From: a virus
Strand: one strand, 5' to 3'
DNA: 64,000 nucleotides
Virus record (IMG/VR): IMGVR_UViG_3300035698_016731
Location: 1-64,000 of that record
The translations under genes were made by a program, and so were the position numbers. Below, one piece after another: positions 45,450 through 55,612 of the stretch (position 1 is the stretch's first letter; each line of letters opens with the position of its first letter). The notes beneath the pieces are model-generated. The model was not told the DNA's origin. It searched no databases and was given only the letters and a program-made list of their open reading frames with translations.

Positions 45450-48400
45450 TCCTCATCAATCTGGTTTGTCTTTCGATTGCTGTTTTAATTGGACCACGTA
45501 CCAACTTATCCATATCATCAACACCATATATCGGAGCATGGTTATGAATATTTATTACTATACCTCCAGATATTGGGTCACCTCCACCTCCACCAACACT
45601 AGGGGTAGGCATAATTCCTGGTCCACCACCAACAGTCCTTGATGGACTAATTCTTATAGGAGGAATTGGGTCATGAGAACCTTTTCCATGAGTAAGAACC
45701 TCTCTAAATATATCAGGAACTTTTCTTAATGGTAATATAGCTTCATTTCCATGAAGAATAGTAGGCATACCACCAGGCATAGGCTTTATAAATCCACCTC
45801 TACTCATTCCATAACCTACTGGATATCCACCAACTACCTCATTTCCAGCCCAATCTGGAGCTTCTGATGATGATGGCGAAGAATATGTTCCAGGAGCAAC
45901 TTGACCAGAAAGCTCAGCCATTGCCATTTCAGGACTTATTTGCTTTGTTCTAATCATAGAACCATAAGCATCACCAGTTCCTCTATCTATTCCAAAGTTT
46001 TCCATTAACCAAAGTGCCCAATCTTCTCCACTACCCCAACCATCAGCATCTTCCCCTACATATTTTTCTATTTGGTCTTTCCAAAGAAATTTATCTGGGT
46101 CTTTATTCTGAAATGCTCCACCAACAAGGCTTCCAAGCAAATTACCAATAGCTGCACCAATTGGACCAAAAGTGCTTCCTATATAAGTTCCAATTAGTCC
46201 ACCAATACCTTTTTCGGGTGAACCAGTTACTATATCCATAATACTTAATAAATAAGGTAAAGCTGTTACTGCTTTACCCATTAAACCTTTTGCTCCAGTT
46301 GCAGCTCCTGCTCCTTTTGCTCCTGCTGCAACTCCAGTTCCTGGTGTTCCTGCATAGTGTAGACCCATATATTCTGATAACTGTGCTCCAGTTACTCCTG
46401 TTGTTCCCATCATATCAGTCATTCCAGGGAAAAATCCTGATATTGCTGGAGCTGAAAGTGAGACTCCATAAGAAGTAGTTGGACCAGTACCCATTCCAAA
46501 GAAATTTTTCATACCTGCAACAAATCCTGTATCTTTAACATTCAAAGCATCTCCACCTGCAGCAGCACCAGCCAGAGTATATCCTGCATTAGCCGATGTA
46601 GCAACACCTTCAGCCTGAAACCATTTCATAGGATTCAGAGCACTAAGGCTAAAACCTGTACCTCCTAATAGACTGCTTAAAAATTCAGTAAAGAACCAAT
46701 TGGTTACCATTTCAGCAACCATGTCTAAGAAAGAAGCCAGTATTGAATCCCAAAGAGAATCTAAGAAACTTCCAAAAGTCATACTATCTTGCATCATAGC
46801 TAAGATACCTGATTTGAAAGTGCCTTTCATGCTTGTAGCCATTTCTTCCCACATGTCTTTATAACTAAGAGTAGATTCATACAACTTATCCCAAAAATGG
46901 TATGCTGTGCCTTTTAAATCATAAAACATTAAAATCCAAGCATTTTTCATTCGAGTAAGAATTGGTCCAGTTTTTGTATTATACTTCTCAATCATTTGCA
47001 ACATCTCTTCATAATGTGCTTTTGCCTTTTCTTGAGCTATTTTTAACTCTTTCATCTTTTTTTCTAATTCTTTTTTTCTAAGAATATCAGATTCAGATAA
47101 TTGCTTCTTTTCAGCAGTTTGTTTCTTTTCAAGATGCTTTACAAATTTATCATATTCTTTTTCAAGTAAATCTACTTTATCTTGAAAATGTTTATAGTCC
47201 CATGCTGCTTGTACAATTAGAGCTTTCTTTTTCACAAGTAGCTCTTCACTATTCATGCTTTTTAAATCTTTAAGATACTGAGCTAATTTCTTTTTTTTGT
47301 CTTCAAAAAACTCATCTTGTGTTTTGGAAATATTATTATATGCATCAGCAGCTTCCTTTTGCCAATCTTTAGTTTCCTCAGTTAAATGTTCATATCCTTC
47401 ACTTGCATTCCAAAGAGCCAGAGTTAGCTTATCATAACCAGGAATAATCAGCCTGAGTCCTACCTCATGCTCCACCATAAATTCAAAAGCCTTAAAGAAT
47501 AAATCAGAAAGCCATTGGAAAAAATCATTAAACTTAGCTTTCCAACCTGCTATTGAAGTATATATATAAGCTCCTAATACATCCAGACTAGATATTCCTA
47601 CATCTTTAAAATAGACAAAAGTCAAACCAGCATCAACTAAATCTTGTTTCAATACTTCTAAACTAAAGGAAAGAACTGCAAAAGTGAGTTTACCTTGTAA
47701 AAACAAACTCATCGTAACCCAAGTCATTTTCAATATCACATCAATACCTGTTTTCATAATATCTATCATGAATTGTGCAAATTCTGCTACTTCATGTCTA
47801 TTACTTTTTATATATTCAATAGCTGCTTTTAGACCAGTTTGCATATCTAAGAAAAACTTTTGAAGTTCTGGCTTGAAAGATTCAAATATTTCTATTTTAA
47901 GCTCTGTGAAAAGATTCTTGACTACTTTTGCATACCCATCAGTAGTGTTCATGATTTCACGGAACATCCTATCTGCTTCACCAACAGAGTCTGTTAATAT
48001 TTCTACATATTCTTGTATAGAGTCTATGCCTAATCGCTGTCTTTCAATAACAGATGCCATTCCAGCACCACCTCTAACTCCAAATAATCCTATGGCATCT
48101 GTTGCATCCATAGTTGAAATAGCAAGTCTGGCAACGATTTCTGAAAAGGTTTTAGTTTGAGGATTTATTTCATTAAAATTTACTTTAAGGTCTTTGAGGA
48201 TTTTAACCTGTCTACCACCAGCACCATTCATCTTTTCCCATTCACTTATACTGGCTTTTTGTATTTCAGTAAGTCCAGACATGCTTCCTTTTACTTGAGC
48301 ACCAACTCTTAACAATGCACTCATACTCATTCTAAGCTGAGTACCTACTCTACTTCCAGTAAGTCCTAAGTCAGCAAATCGGGCAACTGCTGCAGTAGCT

Positions 48401-49059
48401 TCTTCCAAACTCCATCCAAGTGAGGAAGCAATTGGACCAGCATAACGCATAGCATCAGCTAAGTTCTCCATACTTAAAAGAGATGTAGTAATAGCCAAAG
48501 AAAAAATATCAGCAACACGGCTAGTATCTTTAGTAGTCCTTCCAAACTGCTTCATAGTTGCAGCAACCATTTCAGTAGTCCTACTCATATCAGCCATAGT
48601 AATACCAGCTAACCTCACACTGGCTGCTGTTGCATCCATAATGTCTTTAGCCTGATAACCAGCACGAGCAAAAGACAACATAGCATTACCAATTTTGTCA
48701 GCAGAGTACTTACTTGTTCTAGCTAATTCAAGAGCTTTCTTTGAAAGCTGGTCTTGAACCATCATCATTTCATGACCAACTTTTCCTGTGATAACAGCAG
48801 TTTGTTTCATGGTACTTTCAAACTGCATTCCAACTTGTGCTGAACTAACTAGCAATTTTCCCATAGCTAATGTGGTAGCACCAATGGCTGCAGTTGCATA
48901 CAGACCAAATTGATTTAAGGCTGAACGTATTTTACCAGTCTCTTTTTCAACTCCAGCAAATGATTTTTCAAGAGTCTTGGTAGCCATTACAGCATGAGAC
49001 ACATCACCCTTGATTAAAATATAGGCTGTCGCCATAGGATTGTTGCCACCGAAAGCCAA
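45430..49059 (-). CDS. tail tape measure protein (TP901-like core)
   Basis: FE..M......G, S.YSA..I..A...ARAG, L..AM.Y.GP.A..LG.SLEE; 1209 aa; follows chaperones. Confidence 0.92.
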   Translation of the reverse strand: MAFGGNNPMATAYILIKGDVSHAVMATKTLEKSFAGVEKETGKIRSALNQFGLYATAAIGATTLAMGKLLVSSAQVGMQFESTMKQTAVITGKVGHEMMMVQDQLSKKALELARTSKYSADKIGNAMLSFARAGYQAKDIMDATAASVRLAGITMADMSRTTEMVAATMKQFGRTTKDTSRVADIFSLAITTSLLSMENLADAMRYAGPIASSLGWSLEEATAAVARFADLGLTGSRVGTQLRMSMSALLRVGAQVKGSMSGLTEIQKASISEWEKMNGAGGRQVKILKDLKVNFNEINPQTKTFSEIVARLAISTMDATDAIGLFGVRGGAGMASVIERQRLGIDSIQEYVEILTDSVGEADRMFREIMNTTDGYAKVVKNLFTELKIEIFESFKPELQKFFLDMQTGLKAAIEYIKSNRHEVAEFAQFMIDIMKTGIDVILKMTWVTMSLFLQGKLTFAVLSFSLEVLKQDLVDAGLTFVYFKDVGISSLDVLGAYIYTSIAGWKAKFNDFFQWLSDLFFKAFEFMVEHEVGLRLIIPGYDKLTLALWNASEGYEHLTEETKDWQKEAADAYNNISKTQDEFFEDKKKKLAQYLKDLKSMNSEELLVKKKALIVQAAWDYKHFQDKVDLLEKEYDKFVKHLEKKQTAEKKQLSESDILRKKELEKKMKELKIAQEKAKAHYEEMLQMIEKYNTKTGPILTRMKNAWILMFYDLKGTAYHFWDKLYESTLSYKDMWEEMATSMKGTFKSGILAMMQDSMTFGSFLDSLWDSILASFLDMVAEMVTNWFFTEFLSSLLGGTGFSLSALNPMKWFQAEGVATSANAGYTLAGAAAGGDALNVKDTGFVAGMKNFFGMGTGPTTSYGVSLSAPAISGFFPGMTDMMGTTGVTGAQLSEYMGLHYAGTPGTGVAAGAKGAGAATGAKGLMGKAVTALPYLLSIMDIVTGSPEKGIGGLIGTYIGSTFGPIGAAIGNLLGSLVGGAFQNKDPDKFLWKDQIEKYVGEDADGWGSGEDWALWLMENFGIDRGTGDAYGSMIRTKQISPEMAMAELSGQVAPGTYSSPSSSEAPDWAGNEVVGGYPVGYGMSRGGFIKPMPGGMPTILHGNEAILPLRKVPDIFREVLTHGKGSHDPIPPIRISPSRTVGGGPGIMPTPSVGGGGGDPISGGIVINIHNHAPIYGVDDMDKLVRGPIKTAIERQTRLMRSASSRG

Positions 49060-49075
49060 TTTAATTTCTCCTTAT

Positions 49076-49435
49076 TTATATGGACATCTTTTTCTTTTTG
49101 TTCTTAAAATAATCTTTAAAAAACTCAGGACTGCGATTTGAAGCTACGATACCTTTTTTGTCTTCTTTCCAATCAAAGTCTTTAGATTCACCAATGTCAA
49201 CTTCTATGTGTGGTTGAGCTAAAGCACTTTTAACTCCTGCTTCAAGTTTGTTATAGAAATTGCTAAAAGCTCTTTTATCACCAATAGCTGAGACTCTAAT
49301 TAAATTAGACATCATCTTCATCTCTTCAAACCTCTTTCTTGTAAGTGAAGCTGAGAACTCGATAATCTGCGTAAGAGTTAATCTTCTAATCTCTTCCAAT
49401 CCCAATCCCATCTCACAAGAGAGATGTACTACCAT
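49076..49435 (-). CDS. tail assembly chaperone, -1 frameshift extension (GT-like)
   Basis: frame is open back to the T7 slip site at 49516-49523. Confidence 0.7.
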   Translation of the reverse strand: MVVHLSCEMGLGLEEIRRLTLTQIIEFSASLTRKRFEEMKMMSNLIRVSAIGDKRAFSNFYNKLEAGVKSALAQPHIEVDIGESKDFDWKEDKKGIVASNRSPEFFKDYFKNKKKKMSI

Positions 49436-49455
49436 ATCAGCTATAGTCTGTAATC

Positions 49456-49914
49456 CTAGTTTTCTTGCTTGGGCAGGGTTGACTTGCCTAGCTTTTCCAG
49501 TCTCCCCCTGATTTCCAAAAAAAGTTTTGCTGCTTCAATAAGCTCAACTTCATTTATTTCAAGCCATTTGTCCACTATCTTCAGAAAATCAACTAAGGGC
49601 ATTCCTTTCATTTCTTCTTCTCCAAGACTTGAACAAACTGCGATAATCTGTCTCATAACAGCTATGTCTTCTCTTCTTATCATATTAAATACAGGAGCAC
49701 CAGGCTGGAAAACTAATATAAATTTTATAATTGTAGCAGTAGCAATCTCCAGAGACTCAACACTTATTCTCCAAATCTGAACTACTCTTTTCCCTACAAC
49801 AAGAGATGTCTTGGTGTTAAGGATTTCTGCAGTAGGTGAAGGCTTACTGTCCTCAGGGATAGCTTCAACTATGTCTTCAGTTTTTTTCTTTTCTTCCACT
49901 TTATCTTCCTCCAA
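49456..49914 (-). CDS. tail assembly chaperone (G-like)
   Basis: position between tube and tape measure; slippery site near 3' end. Confidence 0.72.
   Translation of the reverse strand: MEEDKVEEKKKTEDIVEAIPEDSKPSPTAEILNTKTSLVVGKRVVQIWRISVESLEIATATIIKFILVFQPGAPVFNMIRREDIAVMRQIIAVCSSLGEEEMKGMPLVDFLKIVDKWLEINEVELIEAAKLFLEIRGRLEKLGKSTLPKQEN
49516..49523 (-). promoter_or_regulatory. -1 programmed ribosomal frameshift site (CTT TTT TTG)
   Basis: T TTT TTG heptamer; -1 frame reads ...GNQGETGKARQVNPAQARKLGLQTIADMVVH into the 49435 ORF. Confidence 0.72.
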
Positions 49915-49950
49915 TAAATTGTTAATTATATTTAAAATTCAATCTTTATA

Positions 49951-50289
49951 TTACGATATTCTGCTGTTAATCAAATCCTTGAGGTCATTCATTTTTTGAG
50001 TGAACTCTTTGGGTGAGACGAGTGCTCTGTCATTGTAGTAAGCCATAATCAAAGGTCTGAAGGGCAACATGCCTCTATTAACTAGATAAAACAAACACTG
50101 ACCGATTTTATTTCTATCCTTTGATTGTGAAATACGTCTTACTGACTCCATAGTAATTTTTGGATTTACAATTTCTATAGTTCCATCATTCTTTACCAGA
50201 GCAATCTCGTCACACCATAAAAAAGCAGTTATACGGATGTCCGTATGCTGTATCTTTTCTTCTCTTTTAGTTTCAATCTCGTTTCCCAT
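49951..50289 (-). CDS. hypothetical protein (DUF5659-like)
   Basis: I.AFL...F.....YY....V.P..F...LK..I pattern. Confidence 0.5.
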   Translation of the reverse strand: MGNEIETKREEKIQHTDIRITAFLWCDEIALVKNDGTIEIVNPKITMESVRRISQSKDRNKIGQCLFYLVNRGMLPFRPLIMAYYNDRALVSPKEFTQKMNDLKDLINSRIS

Positions 50290-50315
50290 TCTTAATCTCC
50301 TTTTCTTAGGTTATA

Positions 50316-50819
50316 TTAACCTTTTGTATTAGTTAGTTCCCTATAACCAAAACGGTTTCCATTACTGTCATCTTTTAAACATTTAAAAGAAGCAGGCACG
50401 GATGTCACTTCACCTCTACCAAGAGTAATCTGACCAGCTTCCATCGAACACGCTCTGAAGATATACCAAACCTGATAGGTAAGGCTGTCACCAGTAGGAG
50501 CTGCTGCATTTATTGTGAGTGTGTGCTCATTAGCTCCATCTTCTGTTCCAAGAGCAAGGAAAGTTCCACCAATAAGTAGTGAACCCTCCTGGTCCCAGAC
50601 AGTTTTTAAGTTGTTCATAGTCAATTCTGAGAAAGCTGTTTCTATTGTCATAGTCTCATTGGTAAGGAAAGTCTTAATTGTTCCTTTGACTTGTTCCACA
50701 ACTGCATCATTGTAGTCTCTCTCAATGCGAATCGTAGTGGGTTCAGTCGTGTAGCCAATATCTACACCATCGATTTTGAATTCAGCATTTGCTGACAATA
50801 TAAAATTTCTGTCACCCAT
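50316..50819 (-). CDS. major tail tube protein
   Basis: IGYT..., E...IE..F.ELT..NL, P..F..L.D; position. Confidence 0.75.
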   Translation of the reverse strand: MGDRNFILSANAEFKIDGVDIGYTTEPTTIRIERDYNDAVVEQVKGTIKTFLTNETMTIETAFSELTMNNLKTVWDQEGSLLIGGTFLALGTEDGANEHTLTINAAAPTGDSLTYQVWYIFRACSMEAGQITLGRGEVTSVPASFKCLKDDSNGNRFGYRELTNTKG

Positions 50820-50836
50820 TAGGAGTCCTCCTTATT

Positions 50837-51331
50837 TCAAGACTTAAAATACCAATCCATTACTACTACCACGTCAGTTCTCCATACATCAATCTCATCC
50901 TCTAATCTTGTATTTAATCTACTTAGCACTATTGCATTATTAATTTGTACCTGACTATCACTTAGGTCTGGTCCAACAAGAGTGCCTGGTTGAAAGATAC
51001 GTTGAATGCGACCTGCAATCACATCACAATATATCCTATCTCTTATTTCCTCTGTTTTAAAAGTAATAAAATCTCCTCTTCCTACAATTATAGCAAAATT
51101 AATTATAGTTTGTCGATATTCATCAATTCTATCCACTACACTCACTGTATTCTCATCCCAGAAACAAACACAAGGGTACTTAGCCATCATATCTGGTGTT
51201 CCTGAAAATATTCGATAATTACTTGATGAATGGTCCATCAAAGCAACCAAATCACTATCAGCAATTAAAAAATTATAAATTGCAAGCATTAAGTATCGCA
51301 AATCTTTTGTGCTTTCAGCTGCTGTGCTCAT
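50837..51331 (-). CDS. tail terminator-like protein
   Basis: AIY..L.AD..L..L...I....P....YP pattern; position. Confidence 0.7.
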   Translation of the reverse strand: MSTAAESTKDLRYLMLAIYNFLIADSDLVALMDHSSSNYRIFSGTPDMMAKYPCVCFWDENTVSVVDRIDEYRQTIINFAIIVGRGDFITFKTEEIRDRIYCDVIAGRIQRIFQPGTLVGPDLSDSQVQINNAIVLSRLNTRLEDEIDVWRTDVVVVMDWYFKS

Positions 51332-51942
51332 AATTTTTTGTACCTCTTCATTATAGGCTTAAATGTCGAATTGTAATAACGACTTTTCAAAACATCCATA
51401 ACTTGGTCAAGTAGATGTTTCAACACATTTCCCCATTCCTGTTGTGCAGTTGGAAGGAGATATGGTCTTGGAGGCATGCCTGCAACTTGTTTTGCAAAAT
51501 ACCATAAGCCACCACTTTTCCAAGCAAGTATTCTTTTTTTTACAGGTTTTATGTAACGCATTTTTGGACCATAGATACCTGTTCCTTTTTCAAAATAAAT
51601 ACCATAACTTACCTTATTACCAAAATATATTTCCACATTAGTAAACTGAGCTTTTTTAACAACAGATTCAATACCTTTTACAAGATTCCCTGTTCTCTTA
51701 GATTTTATTGTCCTTTTATATCCTGTTATTAATTTCCTCAACCTTATTTTAGCATTCTTCACTAAAATCTCATCACAGGCTCTTTTCATCATCTTTACCC
51801 AATCTAATTTTACTCGGTTCTGGATAAATTTCAAATCATCAGCAATCTGGTCAAAGTTTGTATAGACTACAAAAGTATCTCCACCTGGTCCAAGTTCAGT
51901 CTTCTGTTTTGCTAAATCACCAGTTATTGTAATATCACTCAT
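51328..51942 (-). CDS. HK97 gp10-like tail completion protein
   Basis: RTGNL..I, Y..Y.E.GT, GM.PRPYL.P. Confidence 0.8.
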   Translation of the reverse strand: MSDITITGDLAKQKTELGPGGDTFVVYTNFDQIADDLKFIQNRVKLDWVKMMKRACDEILVKNAKIRLRKLITGYKRTIKSKRTGNLVKGIESVVKKAQFTNVEIYFGNKVSYGIYFEKGTGIYGPKMRYIKPVKKRILAWKSGGLWYFAKQVAGMPPRPYLLPTAQQEWGNVLKHLLDQVMDVLKSRYYNSTFKPIMKRYKKL

Positions 51943-52298
51943 TATATTTTCTCAGCTATCATTAGAAGATGACTATATCTTCCAACATTGTCTTTCTTTG
52001 CTTCTACTTTTACAATTTCATAATTCTCTAGTTCATTGCTAGGAGTTCGAAATTGAAGAGTCATCCCTTCTTTTATATCAGCATCATACTCTCCAGTAAC
52101 AAACCAAGAGTTTGTTCTATCCAATCCTGCTGAAGTAACTTCTAAGAAACGATATATCTCAGTAGTTCCCATAGTTTTACGACATCTATAATTTCTCTTG
52201 ATAATGTTTTCAAGTTTTTTCAAGCCACCATAGCCATCAGGAACATTCTCCTGAATCATAAGCACTTTAGCTATGTCAGATAATCCACTAGTAAGCAT
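51942..52298 (-). CDS. head-tail adaptor / head closure protein
   Basis: DG.GG motif, DI..G, position. Confidence 0.65.
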   Translation of the reverse strand: MLTSGLSDIAKVLMIQENVPDGYGGLKKLENIIKRNYRCRKTMGTTEIYRFLEVTSAGLDRTNSWFVTGEYDADIKEGMTLQFRTPSNELENYEIVKVEAKKDNVGRYSHLLMIAEKI

Positions 52299-52972
52299 TA
52301 AACAGCTCCCATGTCTATAACTTTTACACAGTAAGGTTTTAACAGCAAATCTATTTCAGGATAACCAGTAAGAATAGGAATGCTCTTTCCATAATTTTTG
52401 CTAATCCCTTTTCCAGTTTCATACTCATAATCTGTCCAACGTTCATGTTGCACCATTCGACTTTTCAAATATCCTGGTTTCAGAATATCTCTTACCAGCA
52501 AAACACAGGCTTTCTTTATCGAAACAGGAACTGAGCTATGTCCAAAAGATGCTGTAATTCTGAAATTTTGCTGTCCTAGTGTCCACACACCTCTACTCAA
52601 TACAGCTCTTCTCACCGAACTCCAATATTCAGCTATCTCTATTCGATGTGGGTCACTATCTGGTATAAAATAATCTGTACTAGTAAGAGTAGTTCCATCA
52701 CCCCAATCATCTTCCAAATCATCTCTCTCAACTATTGAAGTAATTGATTGAATTGGTAAACTTACATAAGGATACAACCACATCATACTACTACCAGTTC
52801 CAGAAACATCAAGAACCTTTGCTACACTGTCATTAAAATTATTTTTTGTTTTATCCTCTATAATATCTTCCACATCTGCAATTATAGCTGTAATATCTGA
52901 TGTTTGAAAGTTATCTGGAATTTGAAAAGTCCTTCCAATCCCTTCTATATCATCTCGGTCACAGTAAGCCAT
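52298..52972 (-). CDS. head-tail connector protein
   Basis: MAYC...D, PIQSITSI, G...VP..IK.A...L, LL.PY. Confidence 0.75.
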   Translation of the reverse strand: MAYCDRDDIEGIGRTFQIPDNFQTSDITAIIADVEDIIEDKTKNNFNDSVAKVLDVSGTGSSMMWLYPYVSLPIQSITSIVERDDLEDDWGDGTTLTSTDYFIPDSDPHRIEIAEYWSSVRRAVLSRGVWTLGQQNFRITASFGHSSVPVSIKKACVLLVRDILKPGYLKSRMVQHERWTDYEYETGKGISKNYGKSIPILTGYPEIDLLLKPYCVKVIDMGAV

Positions 52973-53033
52973 GTACTACTCCTCTTTTATCATTCAATCT
53001 TATATTTTATTTTTCATGACTGTCGTTTTAGTT

Positions 53034-53351
53034 TTATATATCTATAAAAGCAACGATTTCTCTAATATTCTTATTATAGTCCTTATAATTATTCATATGG
53101 CCAACATGAAAGTGGCAGTCACCACATAAAGCTACTAAGTTATACATATCTAAGGTTAGAGTAGGGTTTATGTGACGAGGGATTATATGGTGTACTTCTA
53201 TATCCTTCTTATATCCACAAATCCTGCACCACTTTCCAAATCTCTTTAGAAATATTCCACGAGTCTTTTGCCAACGATAATTTAATGTAGCATTATCTGG
53301 AGCAAGAATATTAAGAACATGTCGTTCAATAGTTTTAGTAATAGGAATCAT
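53034..53351 (-). CDS. HNH endonuclease (possibly packaging-associated)
   Basis: W...R, C.ICG, EVHHIIP, NLVALC..CH. Confidence 0.85.
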   Translation of the reverse strand: MIPITKTIERHVLNILAPDNATLNYRWQKTRGIFLKRFGKWCRICGYKKDIEVHHIIPRHINPTLTLDMYNLVALCGDCHFHVGHMNNYKDYNKNIREIVAFIDI

Positions 53352-54385
53352 ATCCAGTCTCCTCTTATTCCCAATTTGTCATTAAAGTCAGGATACCAAG
53401 TCTTAGGAGTCTTGTTATTATAAAGCTCTAATCTCTCTTTAGTCCATTCTTGTGCTCCTTGTTTCTTTGCCCATTCAGCCATAATCTCTATGCCCTTATC
53501 AAGTCCAATACTTTCCTTATAGCCTAAAAACTTTTCAGATTTCTTATAAGAACAATAAGCATACTTCACCTCACAAGGTCTATCAGGCAGATACTCTATC
53601 TTCCATCCCTTTACTCCCATAGCCTTGATAACTTTTTCAGCTAAAACATTTACAGTTATATCAACTTTTCCTCCAATATTGATAGTCTCTCCATTAACCT
53701 TATCAGACAAACATTTAACATAACAGCCCAAGCTATCTTCAACATAACTGAAAGCTCTCTTCTGATTTCCATCTCCATAGATATAAATAGGTTCATTTCT
53801 CATAATCCTATTCATAAATATTGCAATTACATTTCTAAACTTATCTCTCAAACATTGATTCTTTCCAAAAACATTGTGAGGTCTAATAATTGTATAATTA
53901 AAATCATGAACTTCAGAAAGTATCTCAGTATTCTGTTCCATGGCTGCTTTAGATACAGCATACACATCATCAGGCTCTCTTCTCATATCCTCTGAGAATG
54001 GAGGAACTTGACTGCCATATACAGCCATACTGCTAAACAAAACCACCTTCTTCAGCTTCTTAGTCTTGATAGCAGATATCAATACATTCATATAAGCATT
54101 AAGATTATCTTCAGTCATTTGTAGAGGAGAAAACTGTGAAGCTCCTTCTCTGGCTGTAGCAGCAAGATGGAATATAACTTCAGGTTCAACATAACGAATA
54201 TAACTTCCAACTTCTTTCTGTCTTTTAAGTTCAACTCTATTAAATTTTTGTTTATATAAATCAATATTCTCCTCATTTCCACCACTCATATTATCAGCAC
54301 CAAACACTTCGTGTCCATCATCACATAACTTGTGAGCCACATGACTTCCCATGAAGCCTGCTGAACCTGTAACAAGAATCTTCAT
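53348..54385 (-). CDS. NAD-dependent epimerase/dehydratase
   Basis: ILVTGSAGFMGS, HLAA, SS.AVYG, YAVSK, GDG.Q.R.F.YV.D. Confidence 0.93.
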   Translation of the reverse strand: MKILVTGSAGFMGSHVAHKLCDDGHEVFGADNMSGGNEENIDLYKQKFNRVELKRQKEVGSYIRYVEPEVIFHLAATAREGASQFSPLQMTEDNLNAYMNVLISAIKTKKLKKVVLFSSMAVYGSQVPPFSEDMRREPDDVYAVSKAAMEQNTEILSEVHDFNYTIIRPHNVFGKNQCLRDKFRNVIAIFMNRIMRNEPIYIYGDGNQKRAFSYVEDSLGCYVKCLSDKVNGETINIGGKVDITVNVLAEKVIKAMGVKGWKIEYLPDRPCEVKYAYCSYKKSEKFLGYKESIGLDKGIEIMAEWAKKQGAQEWTKERLELYNNKTPKTWYPDFNDKLGIRGDWI

Positions 54386-54393
54386 ATCGCCTC

Positions 54394-54555
54394 CTATTGG
54401 ATATCTTCTTGGCGAGGCAATGAGCTTTCACCCTTGTCCTCAATAACTTTTTCGCACTCATCACAGAGTTCTTTGTCTTCATCTCCAAAAGAAGCATAGA
54501 AAATCTCACCACAAGATTTACAATTCTTTTCATATCTAACTACCATTGAACACAT
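54394..54555 (-). CDS. 53-aa zinc-ribbon microprotein (not in ORF track)
   Basis: RBS AAGGAGG; MCSMVVRYEKNCKSCGEIF...LCDECEK. Confidence 0.65.
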   Translation of the reverse strand: MCSMVVRYEKNCKSCGEIFYASFGDEDKELCDECEKVIEDKGESSLPRQEDIQ

Positions 54556-54566
54556 TAAATACCTCC

Positions 54567-55610
54567 TTATTTTCCCTTCTTAATGATGTTAATCATTTTC
54601 TCTAATCTATGTTTTATAGTATGATTGCTGACAGTATAATCATATACCATCTTTGCTTTAAATTTCGTTTCTTCTTCATGATGTAAAGAGTGATACACTA
54701 AAGCCTTTATTTGCTCATAATCAAGGTCGAAGAGATGTGGCAACTTATGAGTATAGTAATGATTATAGTAATATACAGAATGTAATGGAAATAATTCTTC
54801 AAGAGTAGGAACATAGTTTGTAATAAGCAATCTATTACAAGCAGCAAGTTCAAAATTGTGGAAGCTTGTATCATAATGTCCTGTACGATTAAAGGTTATT
54901 CTCCCCTTTTGTATAATTTTTGCATAATCCTTACCAAAGTGATTGCCCTTATAAATACGAACATCAAAATCTTTCGACAATCTATAAAGTAATTCACCTC
55001 TTTCTTGGTATTCATATTCAGACATAAACTTATCAGATTTACTGTTCAAGTCATCTGGAAACTTAGACATAAATCTAAATCCATCTTTATCAACTCTATC
55101 GTGATAAATATACTTCTTATTAATTCCTGGCTCTCCAACAAAAGCAATATCACATTCAGGTTTAACATCCATGTCATAAATTCTATCATTTTCATAACCA
55201 CAAGGAAGCCAAATTGGAGACATACCTCGAATCTGAAAGTGGCAGTTATAATACTTAAAAGAAAGAAATACAAAATCAAAATGTCCATCAAATATTAAAT
55301 CCCTAAAAGGTCTTCCACCCCTGTGAATATCAAATACCCAACAAGCACTTTTAATACCATTAGGACAATTACCTTTAAACCAGAATCCAGGTTCTAGTTG
55401 AAGTATTAAATCAAAATCTCTTCCTGCTTTACCAAGAATTTCATCATAGGTATATGTTTCTGGAAATGATTTTCGAGGTAGAAGTGGTATATCTGCAGTA
55501 TCATATGGTCCACATGTGGTAACAGTATGCCCCATTTTTCTAAATTCTGCAATAGCAACTTGAGAAGCACACCAGTTTACTTTCTCTCCAGTGCATGCTA
55601 AAATTTTCAT
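54567..55610 (-). CDS. glycosyltransferase (CgeB-like, GT-B)
   Basis: W..D.H, WLP.G, DIAFVG, I.FN...FE.AAC..LLIT, HT..HR. Confidence 0.8.
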   Translation of the reverse strand: MKILACTGEKVNWCASQVAIAEFRKMGHTVTTCGPYDTADIPLLPRKSFPETYTYDEILGKAGRDFDLILQLEPGFWFKGNCPNGIKSACWVFDIHRGGRPFRDLIFDGHFDFVFLSFKYYNCHFQIRGMSPIWLPCGYENDRIYDMDVKPECDIAFVGEPGINKKYIYHDRVDKDGFRFMSKFPDDLNSKSDKFMSEYEYQERGELLYRLSKDFDVRIYKGNHFGKDYAKIIQKGRITFNRTGHYDTSFHNFELAACNRLLITNYVPTLEELFPLHSVYYYNHYYTHKLPHLFDLDYEQIKALVYHSLHHEEETKFKAKMVYDYTVSNHTIKHRLEKMINIIKKGK

Positions 55611-55612
55611 TT

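Noticed and set aside
54321-54533. 70-aa ORF from the track
   Set aside because: Another frame (54394-54555) has a strong SD and a CxxC pair and does not overlap the epimerase.
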